From the NCBI GenBank assembly GCA_016763075.1, contig JAESUM010000063.1, forward strand, positions 4,254-68,253: 64,000 nucleotides of DNA, read 5' to 3'. Positions 1-12,332 of this stretch are shown here, one piece after another. Both the position numbers and the translations under genes were made by a program. The DNA is from Pseudomonadales bacterium. GTDB taxonomy: Bacteria > Pseudomonadota > Gammaproteobacteria > Pseudomonadales > JAHRWD01. Every line of letters starts with the position of its first letter. Position 1 is the first letter of the stretch. The notes below the pieces were generated by a model. That model saw only the letters and a list, made by a program, of their open reading frames with translations. It made no database searches and had not been told where the DNA came from.

Positions 1-750
1 GTGTGCGCGCAGCCGGTTTCGGTTGCGAATAAGCGTTAAGTGGTGGGCCAGTAATTCTTCAAATGCTAAGCGCTGCTGGGCTGGGTGCTGGCCTTCATCA
101 AGTTCACGTAGCGAGGCGTTGCGCGGCGGATTATGCAAATACAGTAACGAGTCTTTAAGTGGGAGCATGCCCATTTTTTGAGTCAGCGCTTGGGGCAGTA
201 GCTCGGCTAGAGTTTCGGTTTTCTCTAACCGGCCGAGGGTTTCAGCAACAAACATGCGTAGCCTACGTTGCGACAAGCCTTCGGTTGCAGGGTAAATTGG
301 GGTTAGTCGGTCATCTAGGTTTAGCTCGGCGTCTTCGGGTAATACAGTGATTTCTGGGTGATAAAGCTCTAGCCCGCTGCTGCCACGGCGGGTTTCGCCG
401 TAACAAAGTAGTTTGGCACCGGCCTGAAACTGCAGTTGCTGAGGTTTACTAAAATGGAAAAACCGTAATGTGACGGTGCCGGTGTCGTCTTGCAGCCTAC
501 ACAACAAACTGCGGCGCCGGCCAAAGACGATATTTGAACCCTTTGAATAACCACAAATAACCGCATCGCGGCCGGGCAACAAACCGCCAATGGGCGTTAC
601 ACGAGTACGGTCTTGGTAGCGCGCTGGCAGGTGGAACAGCAGGTCTTGCAGGGTTTCTATGCCCAGTTGAGCAAATTTTTCGGTTAACTTTGGGCCAACC
701 CCAGAGAGGGTAGATACAGGCAGCTCGATTGCCGAATGACCTGCTTTCAT
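1..750 (-). CDS. recG: ATP-dependent DNA helicase RecG, N-terminal part; the gene runs off the left edge
   Basis: Hand translation of the minus strand from the ATG at 750-748 gives MKAGHSAIELPVSTLSGVGPKLTEKFAQLGIETLQDLLFHLPARYQDRTRVTPIGGLLPG... The frame stays open to position 1. It is missing from the ORF track because the edge truncates it. The N-terminus is RecG-like, and the spoT-ridA-recG order matches Pseudomonas. Confidence 0.8.
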   Translation of the reverse strand, partial: MKAGHSAIELPVSTLSGVGPKLTEKFAQLGIETLQDLLFHLPARYQDRTRVTPIGGLLPGRDAVICGYSKGSNIVFGRRRSLLCRLQDDTGTVTLRFFHFSKPQQLQFQAGAKLLCYGETRRGSSGLELYHPEITVLPEDAELNLDDRLTPIYPATEGLSQRRLRMFVAETLGRLEKTETLAELLPQALTQKMGMLPLKDSLLYLHNPPRNASLRELDEGQHPAQQRLAFEELLAHHLTLIRNRNRLRAH

Positions 751-782
751 CGAATGTAGTCCTTTACGTGGCGAGCCGGTGT

Positions 783-1172
783 TTAGGCTTCAAGCGAGAT
801 AACAGCATCCATTTCTACGCCCACACCCTTAGGCAAACCAGCTACTTCTACGGCTGCACGGGCAGGGTATGGCTGGCTAAAATAGCGCGCCATGACTTCG
901 TTCACTAAGGCAAAGTTGCCCAAGTCAGTTAAAAAGATATTGAGCTTCACGATTTGGTCAAGGTTTGAGTCAGCTGCTTCCGCCACTGCTTTGAGGTTTT
1001 CAAACACTTGCACAATATGCTGCTCGATACCGCCAGAAACCACTTCCATGGTTTTTGGGTCTAGTGGGATTTGGCCGGAAAGATAAACGGTTGAACCTGC
1101 GCGTACTGCTTGTGAGTATGTACCAATGGCTGCAGGCGCCTGATCTGTAGAGATGATCTGTTTGTTATTCAT
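783..1172 (-). CDS. ridA: RidA/YjgF-family reactive enamine/imine deaminase
   Basis: 129 aa with typical YjgF/UK114 size and pattern ([30 protein letters not shown]). It lies directly downstream of spoT. Confidence 0.85.
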   Translation of the reverse strand: MNNKQIISTDQAPAAIGTYSQAVRAGSTVYLSGQIPLDPKTMEVVSGGIEQHIVQVFENLKAVAEAADSNLDQIVKLNIFLTDLGNFALVNEVMARYFSQPYPARAAVEVAGLPKGVGVEMDAVISLEA

Positions 1173-1224
1173 GAATATTCTCGGACAAAAAAATACGGAA
1201 GGGTGTTGGTTGAACCGGCAGACG

Positions 1225-3396
1225 CTAAACGCTGTTTTTTAACCGAACGACCCGGCTAACTTCTTTTTGCGAGCGTAAGCGTTTCATTAAGCGCGCCAGA
1301 TGAATACGGTCTTTAACCGAAACATCTAAGTGAATGGTGCCGACAGAAGAGCCTTTTTCGGCAAATTCGATTTTCTCGATATCTGCATCTGACTTGGAGA
1401 TGGCTGCCGCCAACGAGGCTAGTACACCGCGCTCGTTGAGGCTTTCCATCATCAAAGAAACAGAAAAGTACCCGGTAACTTCTGGGTCCCAACGTACCAT
1501 TAGGCTCTCTTTTGCTGAGGCAATATCGTCAGCGACATTTTTGCAGGTTTCGATATGAACCATTACGCCACGGCCTTTGCGCAGCCTTCCGATAATTGCA
1601 TCGCCTGGCAACGGGTGGCAGCATTTTGCGTAGTTCAGCACCATGCCTTCGGTGCCCAAAATGGCCAGAGGCTCTTGTGCTGCGGGGTTTTCTTGTTCGC
1701 TTTCATCGGCATCGGCATCGCCAAGCAATAAACGGTACGCCACCACATAAGACATGCGGTTACCGAGGCCCAAATCTTCTAATAATTCATCTTGATTTTC
1801 AAAGCCGAACTCTTCCAACACCAGCGCCATCTGTTCGTCCGAAACTGACTCAAGATCAGCATCTAAATACGATAACGACTGTTCGAGCAAACGACGGCCC
1901 AAGTCTCTTGATTGGCTGCGCTGTTGGTTCTTTAATGTGTGGCGAATATTGGTTTTGGCTTTACCCGTTACTACAAAATTCAGCCACGCAATGTATGGCT
2001 TAGATTCTGATTTGGTAATAATTTCAACGGTTTGGCCATTGTGCAAAGGCTGGCTTAAGGGGGCAATACGACGGTTTATACGGCAAGCAATACAAGTATT
2101 TCCGATATCTGTGTGCACTGCGTAGGCAAAATCGATGGCGGTTGCGCCCTTGGGTAGCTCCATAATCCGGCCCTTTGGCGTGAAGATATATACTTCATCG
2201 GGGAACAGATCCATTTTGACGTTTTCAATGAATTCTAATGGGTTGCCTGCAAATTTTTGCAGCTCCATGACGCTTTTTATCCACTGATTGGCTCTGCCGC
2301 TTTGCTCCGCTGCTTCTGCTTCGGTGGATTTATAAAACCAATGGGAGGTCACGCCTTTATTGGCACGCGCTTCCATTTTTTGGGTGCGAATTTGAATTTC
2401 TATGGGTGCGCCGTGCAAACCAATTAACGTGGTATGCAGTGACTGGTAGCCGTTACTTTTGGGAATCGCGATATAGTCTTTAAAGCGCCCGGGGATGGGT
2501 TTGTAATGCCCGTGTACCGCACCGAGCACTCGGTAACACTGGTCTTCGTTTTGAACGACAATTCGAAAACCATAAACATCCATAATTTCAGAAAAAGATT
2601 TACGATTGTCGCGCATTTTTTTGTAAATGCTGTAGAGGTGTTTTTCTCGGCCTTCTACTTCTACTCTGATCTCTCTTGCTTCTAGTGCACCAGCCAATGC
2701 TTGGCGGATTTCGTCGACAATCTCTTTATGGTGACCTTTGCTAGCTTTTACCGCTGCTGCGATTCTTCGTGCTCGCATTGGGTACACGGCGTGAAACCCA
2801 AGCTCTTCAAGCTCTAGCCGAATGTCATACATACCTAAACGGTTGGCAATAGGGGCGTAAATTTCGAGGGTTTCTTTAGCGATACGGCGCTTTTTTTCTG
2901 GCTTTAAGCAGCCAAGGGTGCGCATGTTGTGCAAACGATCGGCTAGTTTTACTAAGATCACCCGGATATCCCGGGACATAGCAAAAGCCATTTTCTGGAA
3001 GTTTTCAGCCTGGGCCTCTGCCCGCGACTCAAATTTAATCTGATTAAGCTTACTTACCCCATCGACAAGCTCGCCGACGGTTTCATCAAAAATATCACTC
3101 AGCTCCTTTTTTTCAACGCCGGTGTCTTCGATAACATCGTGTAGAAGCGCGGCCATCAGACTTTGATGGTCCATCTGTAAGCCAGCAAGAATACGGGCTA
3201 CAGCAAGGGGGTGGGTAATGTAGGGTTCGCCGCTTTGACGCTGCTGATTACTATGGGCTTTTTCAGCGTAGTAATACGCTTTTTCGATTTGAGCGATCGT
3301 TCCTTCATCAAGGTATCCAACGATATCCTGATGCAGTAACTCGAAGCCAGATGGTGGCACTTTGATGGCGCCTGCGACGTCTGGCTGAGTTTCCAT
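1225..3396 (-). CDS. spoT: Bifunctional (p)ppGpp synthetase / ppGpp pyrophosphohydrolase SpoT
   Basis: 723 aa. It has the HD hydrolase motif (HPLAVA...LLHDVIEDT), a RelA/SpoT synthetase core (GYQSLHTT) and TGS/ACT-like C-terminal regions. It is co-directional with rpoZ-gmk. Confidence 0.93.
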   Translation of the reverse strand: METQPDVAGAIKVPPSGFELLHQDIVGYLDEGTIAQIEKAYYYAEKAHSNQQRQSGEPYITHPLAVARILAGLQMDHQSLMAALLHDVIEDTGVEKKELSDIFDETVGELVDGVSKLNQIKFESRAEAQAENFQKMAFAMSRDIRVILVKLADRLHNMRTLGCLKPEKKRRIAKETLEIYAPIANRLGMYDIRLELEELGFHAVYPMRARRIAAAVKASKGHHKEIVDEIRQALAGALEAREIRVEVEGREKHLYSIYKKMRDNRKSFSEIMDVYGFRIVVQNEDQCYRVLGAVHGHYKPIPGRFKDYIAIPKSNGYQSLHTTLIGLHGAPIEIQIRTQKMEARANKGVTSHWFYKSTEAEAAEQSGRANQWIKSVMELQKFAGNPLEFIENVKMDLFPDEVYIFTPKGRIMELPKGATAIDFAYAVHTDIGNTCIACRINRRIAPLSQPLHNGQTVEIITKSESKPYIAWLNFVVTGKAKTNIRHTLKNQQRSQSRDLGRRLLEQSLSYLDADLESVSDEQMALVLEEFGFENQDELLEDLGLGNRMSYVVAYRLLLGDADADESEQENPAAQEPLAILGTEGMVLNYAKCCHPLPGDAIIGRLRKGRGVMVHIETCKNVADDIASAKESLMVRWDPEVTGYFSVSLMMESLNERGVLASLAAAISKSDADIEKIEFAEKGSSVGTIHLDVSVKDRIHLARLMKRLRSQKEVSRVVRLKNSV

Positions 3397-3412
3397 TTAA
3401 GCAGTACCTAAA

Positions 3413-3694
3413 TTAAGTTTCGGCGCTCTTTTCTTCGGAGGGTTTAGCTAACCCTATTTCTTCGAATGCGGCGTCTAATTCTGCTTCTACTTCTACCCGA
3501 TGCAGTAATTCTGTCGTCACAAAGCCTTCTTCAATTTCACGCAGAGCGACTACGGTTGGCTTATCGTTTTCCCAAGCAACCATGGGTTCATGGCCACCAG
3601 TAGCGATCTGTCTGGCTCTTTTACTTGCCAACATCACTAATTCAAAACGGTTTTCTACCGCATCAAGACAGTCTTCTACAGTTACTCTAGCCAT
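3413..3694 (-). CDS. rpoZ: DNA-directed RNA polymerase omega subunit
   Basis: 93 aa with the canonical omega N-terminus [10 protein letters not shown]...NRFELV..ASKRARQ. Position follows gmk-rpoZ-spoT synteny. Confidence 0.93.
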   Translation of the reverse strand: MARVTVEDCLDAVENRFELVMLASKRARQIATGGHEPMVAWENDKPTVVALREIEEGFVTTELLHRVEVEAELDAAFEEIGLAKPSEEKSAET

Positions 3695-3747
3695 TCATAC
3701 CTCTGGAATTCAGATTTACCAAACGAAAAAGTCGCCATACCAAAAAA

Positions 3748-4368
3748 CTATGACAACAGGCCTTCAATCATAGCGGAAAGCCGCTGGTTCTGCCCAGCGA
3801 ATTCAAGCCTTTTCGATACAAAAATGGCCTGTAACTCGGCTAATGCCGCTGAAAAGTCGTCATTTACAACAATATAGTCAAATTCAAGATAATGTGAGAT
3901 TTCATCGACTGACGCAGCCATTCGCCCCGCGATCACTTTATCGTCGTCCTGGCCCCTGTTTTTGAGCCTTTGCTCAAGGGCTTCACGAGATGGCGGAAGG
4001 ATAAATACGCTTTGCGCTTCAGGCATCATGGCGCGGATTTGCTGCGCTCCTTGCCAGTCAATTTCCAAAATTACATCGGATCCAGCACTTAATAAACCAT
4101 TGATTTGCTGCTTCGATGTACCGTAGAAATTACCAAACACTTCTGCGTACTCCACAAATTCGTTGGCTCCGATCATTTGCCCAAACCGCGACGTAGAAAT
4201 AAAGTGGTAATTAATACCGTCAACTTCATTGGGGCGGCTATCGCGGGTGGTGTACGAAGTAGCTACTTGAAGGCCTTTATCAGCCTCCAATAACGCTTCA
4301 ACCAAGCTGGTTTTACCCGCGCCAGAAGGCGCTGAAATAATGTAAAGATTGCCGTTGTTTTGGCTCAT
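3748..4368 (-). CDS. gmk: Guanylate kinase
   Basis: 206 aa with a P-loop (SAPSGAGKTS), TTRDSRPNEVDGINYHF, and EIDWQGA. Confidence 0.93.
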   Translation of the reverse strand: MSQNNGNLYIISAPSGAGKTSLVEALLEADKGLQVATSYTTRDSRPNEVDGINYHFISTSRFGQMIGANEFVEYAEVFGNFYGTSKQQINGLLSAGSDVILEIDWQGAQQIRAMMPEAQSVFILPPSREALEQRLKNRGQDDDKVIAGRMAASVDEISHYLEFDYIVVNDDFSAALAELQAIFVSKRLEFAGQNQRLSAMIEGLLS

Positions 4369-4375
4369 ATAACGC

Positions 4376-5242
4376 TTACTCTATATTTTGAATTTGCTCA
4401 CGCACTTGCTCAATCAACACCTTCAACTCGACGGCTGAGCGCGTTGTGTCGTGCGCAATTGATTTCGAAGACAGGGTATTGGCTTCGCGGTTCAGTTCTT
4501 GCATCATGAAATCAAGCCTGCGGCCCACAACTCCGGTACCGTCGATGATTCGCTGCACTTCGCCAATATGCGCATTGAGCCGATCTAGCTCCTCCTCAAC
4601 ATCCATTTTTTGCGCAACCAAGACAATCTCTTGCTCGATACGCCCGGGATCAAGCTCTATACCTAAGTCCTCTAAACGCTCTTTTAGCCGTGCTCTTTGC
4701 GCTTCTAAAACATCCGGCAGAATTTTACTGACTTTAACCACTTCTTCGCGCATGCGCTGCAAACGTGAATCGATCACTTGGTAGAGGTCAGCGCCTTCAC
4801 GGGCGCGGTTTTCTTTTAGCGAAGACAGCGTTTGCGTGAACAGCTCCGTGACCATTTTTTGTTGGTCTGCGGCATCCGCTTCAAGCTCGCTAAATACACC
4901 GGGCCAGCTCCACAAATCTTTGATGCTAAGCGGCTTAGCATTAGGCATTACTTTTAATAACTGTGTTTCGATATCCTTCATACCTTGAAGCGTCGCCAAA
5001 TTAAGCTGCGGGGGCTGGTCTGATTTATCGGGTGTTTGAATGCGCATTACGCAGTCTACTTTGCCGCGATCAAGCTGCTTTTTAGCCATCTCTTTTAGAC
5101 TATGTTCTAACACTCTAAACTCTTCGGGCAACCTAAAGCTTAAGTCAAGATAACGGTGATTCACCGAGCGAATCTCCCAACTGATTCGCCCCAACGGGCT
5201 ATCTGCTTCAATGCGCGCAAAGGCGGTCATACTCGATAACAT
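4376..5242 (-). CDS. yicC: YicC-family stress-induced protein
   Basis: 288 aa. The N-terminus MTAFAR...WEIRSVNHRYLD and a conserved C-terminal REANT...K region are typical of YicC/DUF1732. It is divergent from rph, as in many gammaproteobacteria. Confidence 0.85.
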   Translation of the reverse strand: MLSSMTAFARIEADSPLGRISWEIRSVNHRYLDLSFRLPEEFRVLEHSLKEMAKKQLDRGKVDCVMRIQTPDKSDQPPQLNLATLQGMKDIETQLLKVMPNAKPLSIKDLWSWPGVFSELEADAADQQKMVTELFTQTLSSLKENRAREGADLYQVIDSRLQRMREEVVKVSKILPDVLEAQRARLKERLEDLGIELDPGRIEQEIVLVAQKMDVEEELDRLNAHIGEVQRIIDGTGVVGRRLDFMMQELNREANTLSSKSIAHDTTRSAVELKVLIEQVREQIQNIE

Positions 5243-5455
5243 TTAATAGTTCTCTTTGCTGGTTGTGTGCGTTTCAAAATGAATGGACCAGTAATTTGCT
5301 TCGCTTACGCTATTGTCGCAATCCGCAGGCCTATCGAGTGCATTATAGGGGTATAATGCGGCGCTTTTCTGGTGGCGCTAATTTGTATTGCGGCGCCCCT
5401 TTTTCAAGTCCATAACCGACGTTCATTCTGACTCGATCAATCAAGGTATATTAAC

Positions 5456-6178
5456 ATGCGGCCCAGCAAACGTGCACCCGACCAACTTCGCGAAATCAAA
5501 CTAACCCGTAACTATACCTGCCATGCAGAAGGTTCTGTTTTAATCGAATTTGGGCAAACCAAGGTCCTCTGCAACGCCAGTGTTGAAGAGTCGGTTCCGC
5601 GCTTTTTACGGGGCAGCAATAAAGGTTGGGTCACCGCTGAATACGGCATGTTGCCTAGGGCCACCAATAGTCGCATGCAACGCGAAGCTGCGCGCGGCAA
5701 GCAAAGTGGCCGAACTCAAGAAATCCAGCGATTAATTGGCCGTTCGTTACGCGCATCTCTTGATTTGAAGAAAATGCCGGGCATTACCATCACATTAGAT
5801 TGCGATGTCATTCAGGCAGATGGCGGAACCCGTACTGCCGCAATTACCGGAAGCTGTGTTGCTCTAAGAGACGCGATTAGCGGCTTAATGGCAGCAGGAA
5901 AAATCAAACAAGATCCGTCGCTATTTTTACTGGCTTCGGTCTCGGTGGGTGTATACAAAGGCACACCGGTTCTAGATTTGGATTACCCGGAAGATTCTAA
6001 CGCCGAAACCGATATGAATGTGGTGATGAGTGATGATGGCCGGTTCATTGAAGTGCAAGGTACTGCAGAAGCCGCTCCCTTTAGCGCTGAAGAGCTGCAA
6101 GCCATGTTGGCGCTGGCCAGTGGCGGTGTGACTGACCTGATTGCTATCCAACGCACAGCGTTAGAGCAAGCGGAGTAA
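5456..6178 (+). CDS. rph: Ribonuclease PH
   Basis: 240 aa with [26 protein letters not shown], and [14 protein letters not shown]. Confidence 0.93.
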   Translation: MRPSKRAPDQLREIKLTRNYTCHAEGSVLIEFGQTKVLCNASVEESVPRFLRGSNKGWVTAEYGMLPRATNSRMQREAARGKQSGRTQEIQRLIGRSLRASLDLKKMPGITITLDCDVIQADGGTRTAAITGSCVALRDAISGLMAAGKIKQDPSLFLLASVSVGVYKGTPVLDLDYPEDSNAETDMNVVMSDDGRFIEVQGTAEAAPFSAEELQAMLALASGGVTDLIAIQRTALEQAE

Positions 6179-6308
6179 GTTCGCTTTCGCTCAGCAGTTA
6201 ACGCTGGGTGTGCTTTGTACTCTATTAGGGATCATGCCCAACGTTTTACCGAGGGCATGGTGGGCATGTGCTAACTTTTTCTAGATAGGTTCTTCGCTTT
6301 GCTAGCGC

Positions 6309-7073
6309 TCAAATCGAGTATTCGATAATAAGTGGCAAATGGCTTGAAAATTTAGTTTGCGAGTCAAACTCAGCATGTTCAACCTTTGGCGAAAGACTGT
6401 TGGTGATTATCTGGTAGTCAACACGCCAAGCATCGCGCAGGTAATCGTCGCAATCCTGCGACGGGTGCCAGCTGTATTGATTGGGCTGGTCATTCACTTC
6501 GCGAAACGCATCGTTGTAACCCGCCGCATCAAAAACATCATCGAGCCATTCACGGTCTTGCTCGTCAAAGCAAAAGTTGTCGTCTGATTCTGCATTAAGT
6601 GAATCAATATCGAGATGGGCAACCTGAAAGTCGCCACACAAAATAAACTCACGGCGTTTATTCCTGATTTTAATCAGGTGCTGAAGAAGTTTATCCATAA
6701 ATTGGCGGCGTTCGATTTGCCGCGCTTCATCGTTGCTTGCTTCAGGTATGGCTACCGATACAATGCTCACGTCGTCGTAATCTGCTTGCATGTAGCGGCC
6801 TTCGATATCCGCTAACAAGTGCCCAAACCCACGCATCATGGCTCGCGGCTGCTGTTTACAATAAATTGCAACGCCGCCTTTACCGGGCTCTACCGCATCA
6901 TAGAAATGACCGAAATACGGCTCTGGGTGATACAGCGCATCGGCCAATTCATATTCGTCGCTTCCAGTTCCCTGAATACAGATGACGTCAGCATCTTGCT
7001 GAACCATCCACTTAAAAAAACCTTTTTCCGCAGCCGCAACAAGTCCATCCAGACTGATGCTAATGATCTTCAT
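6309..7073 (-). CDS. crc: Crc-like catabolite repression control protein (EEP/ExoIII fold with substituted nuclease residues)
   Basis: The ORF spans 6309..7091, but the likely start is the internal ATG at 7073 (MKIISISL...). It sits between rph and pyrE exactly like Pseudomonas crc. It has an ExoIII-like fold, but the usual QETK is ICIQGTG, GDFN is GDFQ, and SDH is SSH. Confidence 0.7.
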   Translation of the reverse strand: MKIISISLDGLVAAAEKGFFKWMVQQDADVICIQGTGSDEYELADALYHPEPYFGHFYDAVEPGKGGVAIYCKQQPRAMMRGFGHLLADIEGRYMQADYDDVSIVSVAIPEASNDEARQIERRQFMDKLLQHLIKIRNKRREFILCGDFQVAHLDIDSLNAESDDNFCFDEQDREWLDDVFDAAGYNDAFREVNDQPNQYSWHPSQDCDDYLRDAWRVDYQIITNSLSPKVEHAEFDSQTKFSSHLPLIIEYSI

Positions 7074-7140
7074 ATTCGCTCCACATACCAAGAGCCGGTA
7101 TGATACCGGATTAGTTTAGAATGTAAAAAATGGGATTAAA

Positions 7141-7800
7141 GTGAAACAACAAACAACATCACTCAGCCAACAATTTATTGAATTTGCCATTGCCCAGGGC
7201 GTACTGCAATTTGGCGAATTTACACTTAAATCAGGAAGAGCCAGTCCTTATTTTTTTAATATGGGAAACATTTGCAACGGTGCATCGCTTGATCGCCTGG
7301 GCGAATTTTATGCCGGCCGAATAGATCAAATCACTACACCTGTGGAGCTTTTATTTGGCCCCGCTTACAAAGGTATTCCGTTGGTTTCTGCTGCATCTAT
7401 CGCGCTTTCTAGAAACCATCAAACCGATCTCCCCTATGTGTTTAACCGTAAAGAAGCTAAACAACACGGCGAAGGTGGCAGCCTGGTCGGCGCGCCATTG
7501 ACCGGTCAAGTTTTGATTATAGACGACGTAATCACCGCCGGGACGGCAATCCGTGAAGTGCTGTCGATCATCGAGCAATCCGATGCCACAGCTATGGGAA
7601 TATTGGTCGCCTTAGACCGACAAGAAATGGGGCCAAGCGGAAAATCTGCGATTCAAGAAATCGAGCAGGAGTTCAGCATTGAGGTTTACAGCATCGCGAA
7701 TGTAAATCAGTTGATTGAGTATCTTGAGAAAAACAACGATCTTCAAAATGAACTGAGGCGACTCATCACCTACAGAAACACCTACGGATCCAGGCCTTAG
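7141..7800 (+). CDS. pyrE: Orotate phosphoribosyltransferase
   Basis: 219 aa with a GTG start, the PRPP-binding motif VLIIDDVITAGTA, and FGPAYKGIPL. Confidence 0.92.
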   Translation: MKQQTTSLSQQFIEFAIAQGVLQFGEFTLKSGRASPYFFNMGNICNGASLDRLGEFYAGRIDQITTPVELLFGPAYKGIPLVSAASIALSRNHQTDLPYVFNRKEAKQHGEGGSLVGAPLTGQVLIIDDVITAGTAIREVLSIIEQSDATAMGILVALDRQEMGPSGKSAIQEIEQEFSIEVYSIANVNQLIEYLEKNNDLQNELRRLITYRNTYGSRP

Positions 7801-7828
7801 TTCACGCATTGAAGCGGTGTGGTGATCA

Positions 7829-9513
<1,685 letters not shown>

Positions 9514-9617
9514 CTAATTGAGCTATTTCGAATGAATAATAATTACAGCGGGAGAGCCTAGTCCCCAAGCTCGGTAGTTGCAAAGCTTTTAGCGAACAAG
9601 CTGCTCGCAAGTACCCA

Positions 9618-12179
9618 TCAAAATGGAATACTGAGCGTGTTATCCACTGCGAGCAGTTGCTGCTTGAACATATCTTGTATGCGAGACAGGCATTCTTCGT
9701 TATCGGCTTCAAAACGAAGCGTCAGTTTTGGCATGGTATTAGAGGCCCGAACCAAACCCCAGCCATAGGGGAAGTCAATCCGCACGCCATCTAAAACGGT
9801 ACGACTACCGCCTTCAAATTGCGCTTGCTCGAGAAAATCGCTAACGAAAGCAAATTTTTGGCTGTCGGGCATTTCTATTTCTAACTCTGGGGTGCTCGGC
9901 GACCACGGGAACTCGGACATGAGGTCATCTAAACTCGCACCCTCAGTGGATAGCACTTCCAATAAGCGCGCTGCGCTGTACATGCCATCATCGAATCCGT
10001 ACCAACGGTCCCTAAAAAACAAATGGCCGCTAAATTCGCCGGCAAGTAACGCGCCGATTTCATCAGACTTGGCCTTAATCAACGAGTGGCCGCTTTTCCA
10101 CATGACGGGACGTCCGCCGGCATCACTGATAACGGCTGCTAAATGGTTACTACTTTTAACGTCAAATACGACGTCTGCCGCGGGGTTACGCGCCAGTATA
10201 TCTTGTACAAACAGCATCATTAGGCGGTCAGGCTGGATGATTTTTCCAGAACCTGAAACCACCACCAGTCGGTCGCCGTCGCCATCAAAAGCGAGGCCTA
10301 AATCAGCGCCTTCGGCGCTCACGCAAGCGATTAGATCTTGAAGGTTTTCGCTTTTGCTCGGATCTGGCGGATGATTCGGAAAACTGCCGTCAACGTCGCA
10401 ATATAGCTCAATCACCTCGCACCCTAACGCCTTAAGCAAGAATGGCGCAATGTTACCGGCGATTCCGTTTCCGCAATCGACAACCAGCTTTAGCGAGTCC
10501 GCAAGCAACGCGACGTCGTTACAGATTCGGTCAACATATTTGTTATTAATTTGAGTGCTTTCGACCTGGCCTGTGCCGGTGACCATATCGCCGCTTATCA
10601 CCCGCGTGTACAGGTCTTGAATACGTTGTTCCGACAACGTTACGCCGTCAATCACAATTTTTAAGCCGTTGTAATCCACCGGATTATGACTGCCGGTAAT
10701 CATCACGCCAGATTGATGACCCAAATGATGCAGGCCAAAATACAGCACCGGTGTGGCTGTAATGCCAATATCAATAACTTTGCAACCTGTGCTGGTTAAG
10801 CCGCTGATCAGTGCTTGTGTCAGCGCAGGGCTAGATAGCCGGCCATCCGCCGCTACCACCACCACTTGCTCACCCTGGTCGATCACTTCGCTACCAATGG
10901 CTTGGCCAATCAATTCTACGGTTTCAATTGTTAAGGTTTTTTCGAACACACCGCGTATATCGTATGCTCTAAAAATTTCTGCGGATATTTCCAACTCATC
11001 AACTTCAGCTGCTTCGAGGCTAGAATAAACTCGCGCTGGCGGCTTATCGGCCTTCGCAGGCCCACCTGCTTTAGTAATGGTTGGACCTTGCGGCAGTAGA
11101 TTATCGCTTTCTGTTCGTTGTTTGATGCTCGGCGAGCCCTTCATCAACAGCTCAAACCCCTGAGACAAGCTTTCAAACATAGAAAGTGAAAACTGATAAC
11201 GGGCGTGGTGCTTGCCCTTCACGGTGTTATCCATGAAACGAAAAAGCTCCTGCGCATTGTGGTTCAACTTTTTCGCATTCATTCGGTAACCAGCAAACAA
11301 AGCACCGAGGCTGATTAGCAGCCACAGTATATTTGCGGTTATCAGCGCATCCACAGGAAACTTTGAACCTGTAAATAAAGACTCGGCCGCCGAAAATTTT
11401 ATTTTCCAGCGCGAGTTTAGCAGTTGGATTTCTGTGCTATCGCTGCGCAGGCCCACAGAGCCCACAGAGCCCACAGAGCCCACAGAAAATACTTTTTGTT
11501 CAGCAATATTAGGGAACCGCTGCAGAAATTGAGCGCTGCCTTTTTTTTCATCCAATGACGCTAGCGGCTGTTGCAGCACGGCAAGCTCAAACACCACCAG
11601 GAGAACACCAGCAGGTGTGTTGTCTCGGCCTAAAACAGGCTCAACGGTATAAATTAACTGGCCGATTGGGGTGCGGTGAATCTCGGCTTCTACTTTTTTA
11701 TGTTGCTCAGCCCATACGATCATTTGCAACGCCGCATGTCCGACAGGTGCTTTTTCGTGCTGATCGATTCGGGCCATGCCTGCTGAATACAGCATGACCC
11801 GCACAGCACCGGGCACATGCTCGGTTAATGATTGCGACAAAATTGTTTGCGTAACTGCGTCTTTGCCTATCACCGCAGAGCGAATTTCCAAACTAGATAC
11901 CAGGCGCTTTTGCTGCAACCTGATCTGCTCGATACTTTGATTTAAGCGCGCCGAATACGCGCCAGCATAATTGTTGGTTAATACATTGCGCTGCTTTTGC
12001 TCAACACCGACAATCAATAAAAAATAGACAATTCCGGCTGCGCACAGCAAACCAGCAAATAGGCCCAGCGCAGCCATCAAGAAACCCTGCGCAGTTCCGC
12101 CAGAACCCATCACGCCATTGGCAGGCTTATTTTCAGCGGTTGGGTTATTTAATACGGCTTTCTTTTTGGTTGATTTCAC
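9618..12179 (-). CDS. algC: Phosphomannomutase/phosphoglucomutase (AlgC type) with a ~390 aa N-terminal two-TM, sensor-like extension
   Basis: 853 aa with a GTG start. The C-terminal ~460 aa carry PMM/PGM motifs: TGSHNP (active-site Ser loop), DGDGDR (metal site) and GEFSGH. The N-terminus has two hydrophobic helices (FLMAALGLFAGLLCAAGIVYFLLIV and ITANILWLLISLGALFAGY) bracketing ~240 aa. Confidence 0.88.
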   Translation of the reverse strand: MKSTKKKAVLNNPTAENKPANGVMGSGGTAQGFLMAALGLFAGLLCAAGIVYFLLIVGVEQKQRNVLTNNYAGAYSARLNQSIEQIRLQQKRLVSSLEIRSAVIGKDAVTQTILSQSLTEHVPGAVRVMLYSAGMARIDQHEKAPVGHAALQMIVWAEQHKKVEAEIHRTPIGQLIYTVEPVLGRDNTPAGVLLVVFELAVLQQPLASLDEKKGSAQFLQRFPNIAEQKVFSVGSVGSVGSVGLRSDSTEIQLLNSRWKIKFSAAESLFTGSKFPVDALITANILWLLISLGALFAGYRMNAKKLNHNAQELFRFMDNTVKGKHHARYQFSLSMFESLSQGFELLMKGSPSIKQRTESDNLLPQGPTITKAGGPAKADKPPARVYSSLEAAEVDELEISAEIFRAYDIRGVFEKTLTIETVELIGQAIGSEVIDQGEQVVVVAADGRLSSPALTQALISGLTSTGCKVIDIGITATPVLYFGLHHLGHQSGVMITGSHNPVDYNGLKIVIDGVTLSEQRIQDLYTRVISGDMVTGTGQVESTQINNKYVDRICNDVALLADSLKLVVDCGNGIAGNIAPFLLKALGCEVIELYCDVDGSFPNHPPDPSKSENLQDLIACVSAEGADLGLAFDGDGDRLVVVSGSGKIIQPDRLMMLFVQDILARNPAADVVFDVKSSNHLAAVISDAGGRPVMWKSGHSLIKAKSDEIGALLAGEFSGHLFFRDRWYGFDDGMYSAARLLEVLSTEGASLDDLMSEFPWSPSTPELEIEMPDSQKFAFVSDFLEQAQFEGGSRTVLDGVRIDFPYGWGLVRASNTMPKLTLRFEADNEECLSRIQDMFKQQLLAVDNTLSIPF
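11452..11487. repeat. 9-bp tandem repeat (cccacagag x3 plus cccacagaa) inside the algC N-terminal extension
   Basis: It encodes (SVG)n on the minus strand, giving VFSVGSVGSVGSVGLRS. Confidence 0.9.
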
Positions 12180-12332
12180 AAACTAAACGCCAAAGGGAAG
12201 AAAAAACAATGAAAGTTATTGAGCGAAACCGGCAATATCATGGCCTGGTTACGCTCAGTCCAACAATAATTATAGTCAACAATAGATATGAACGGCGTAT
12301 TGCCTATTTAGCAGCCTAACCAGCAGTGCTAA

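Noticed and set aside
369-590. 73-aa ORF listed in the track near the left edge.
   Set aside because: It is out of frame within the recG coding region, which is open from 750 to 1 in another frame.
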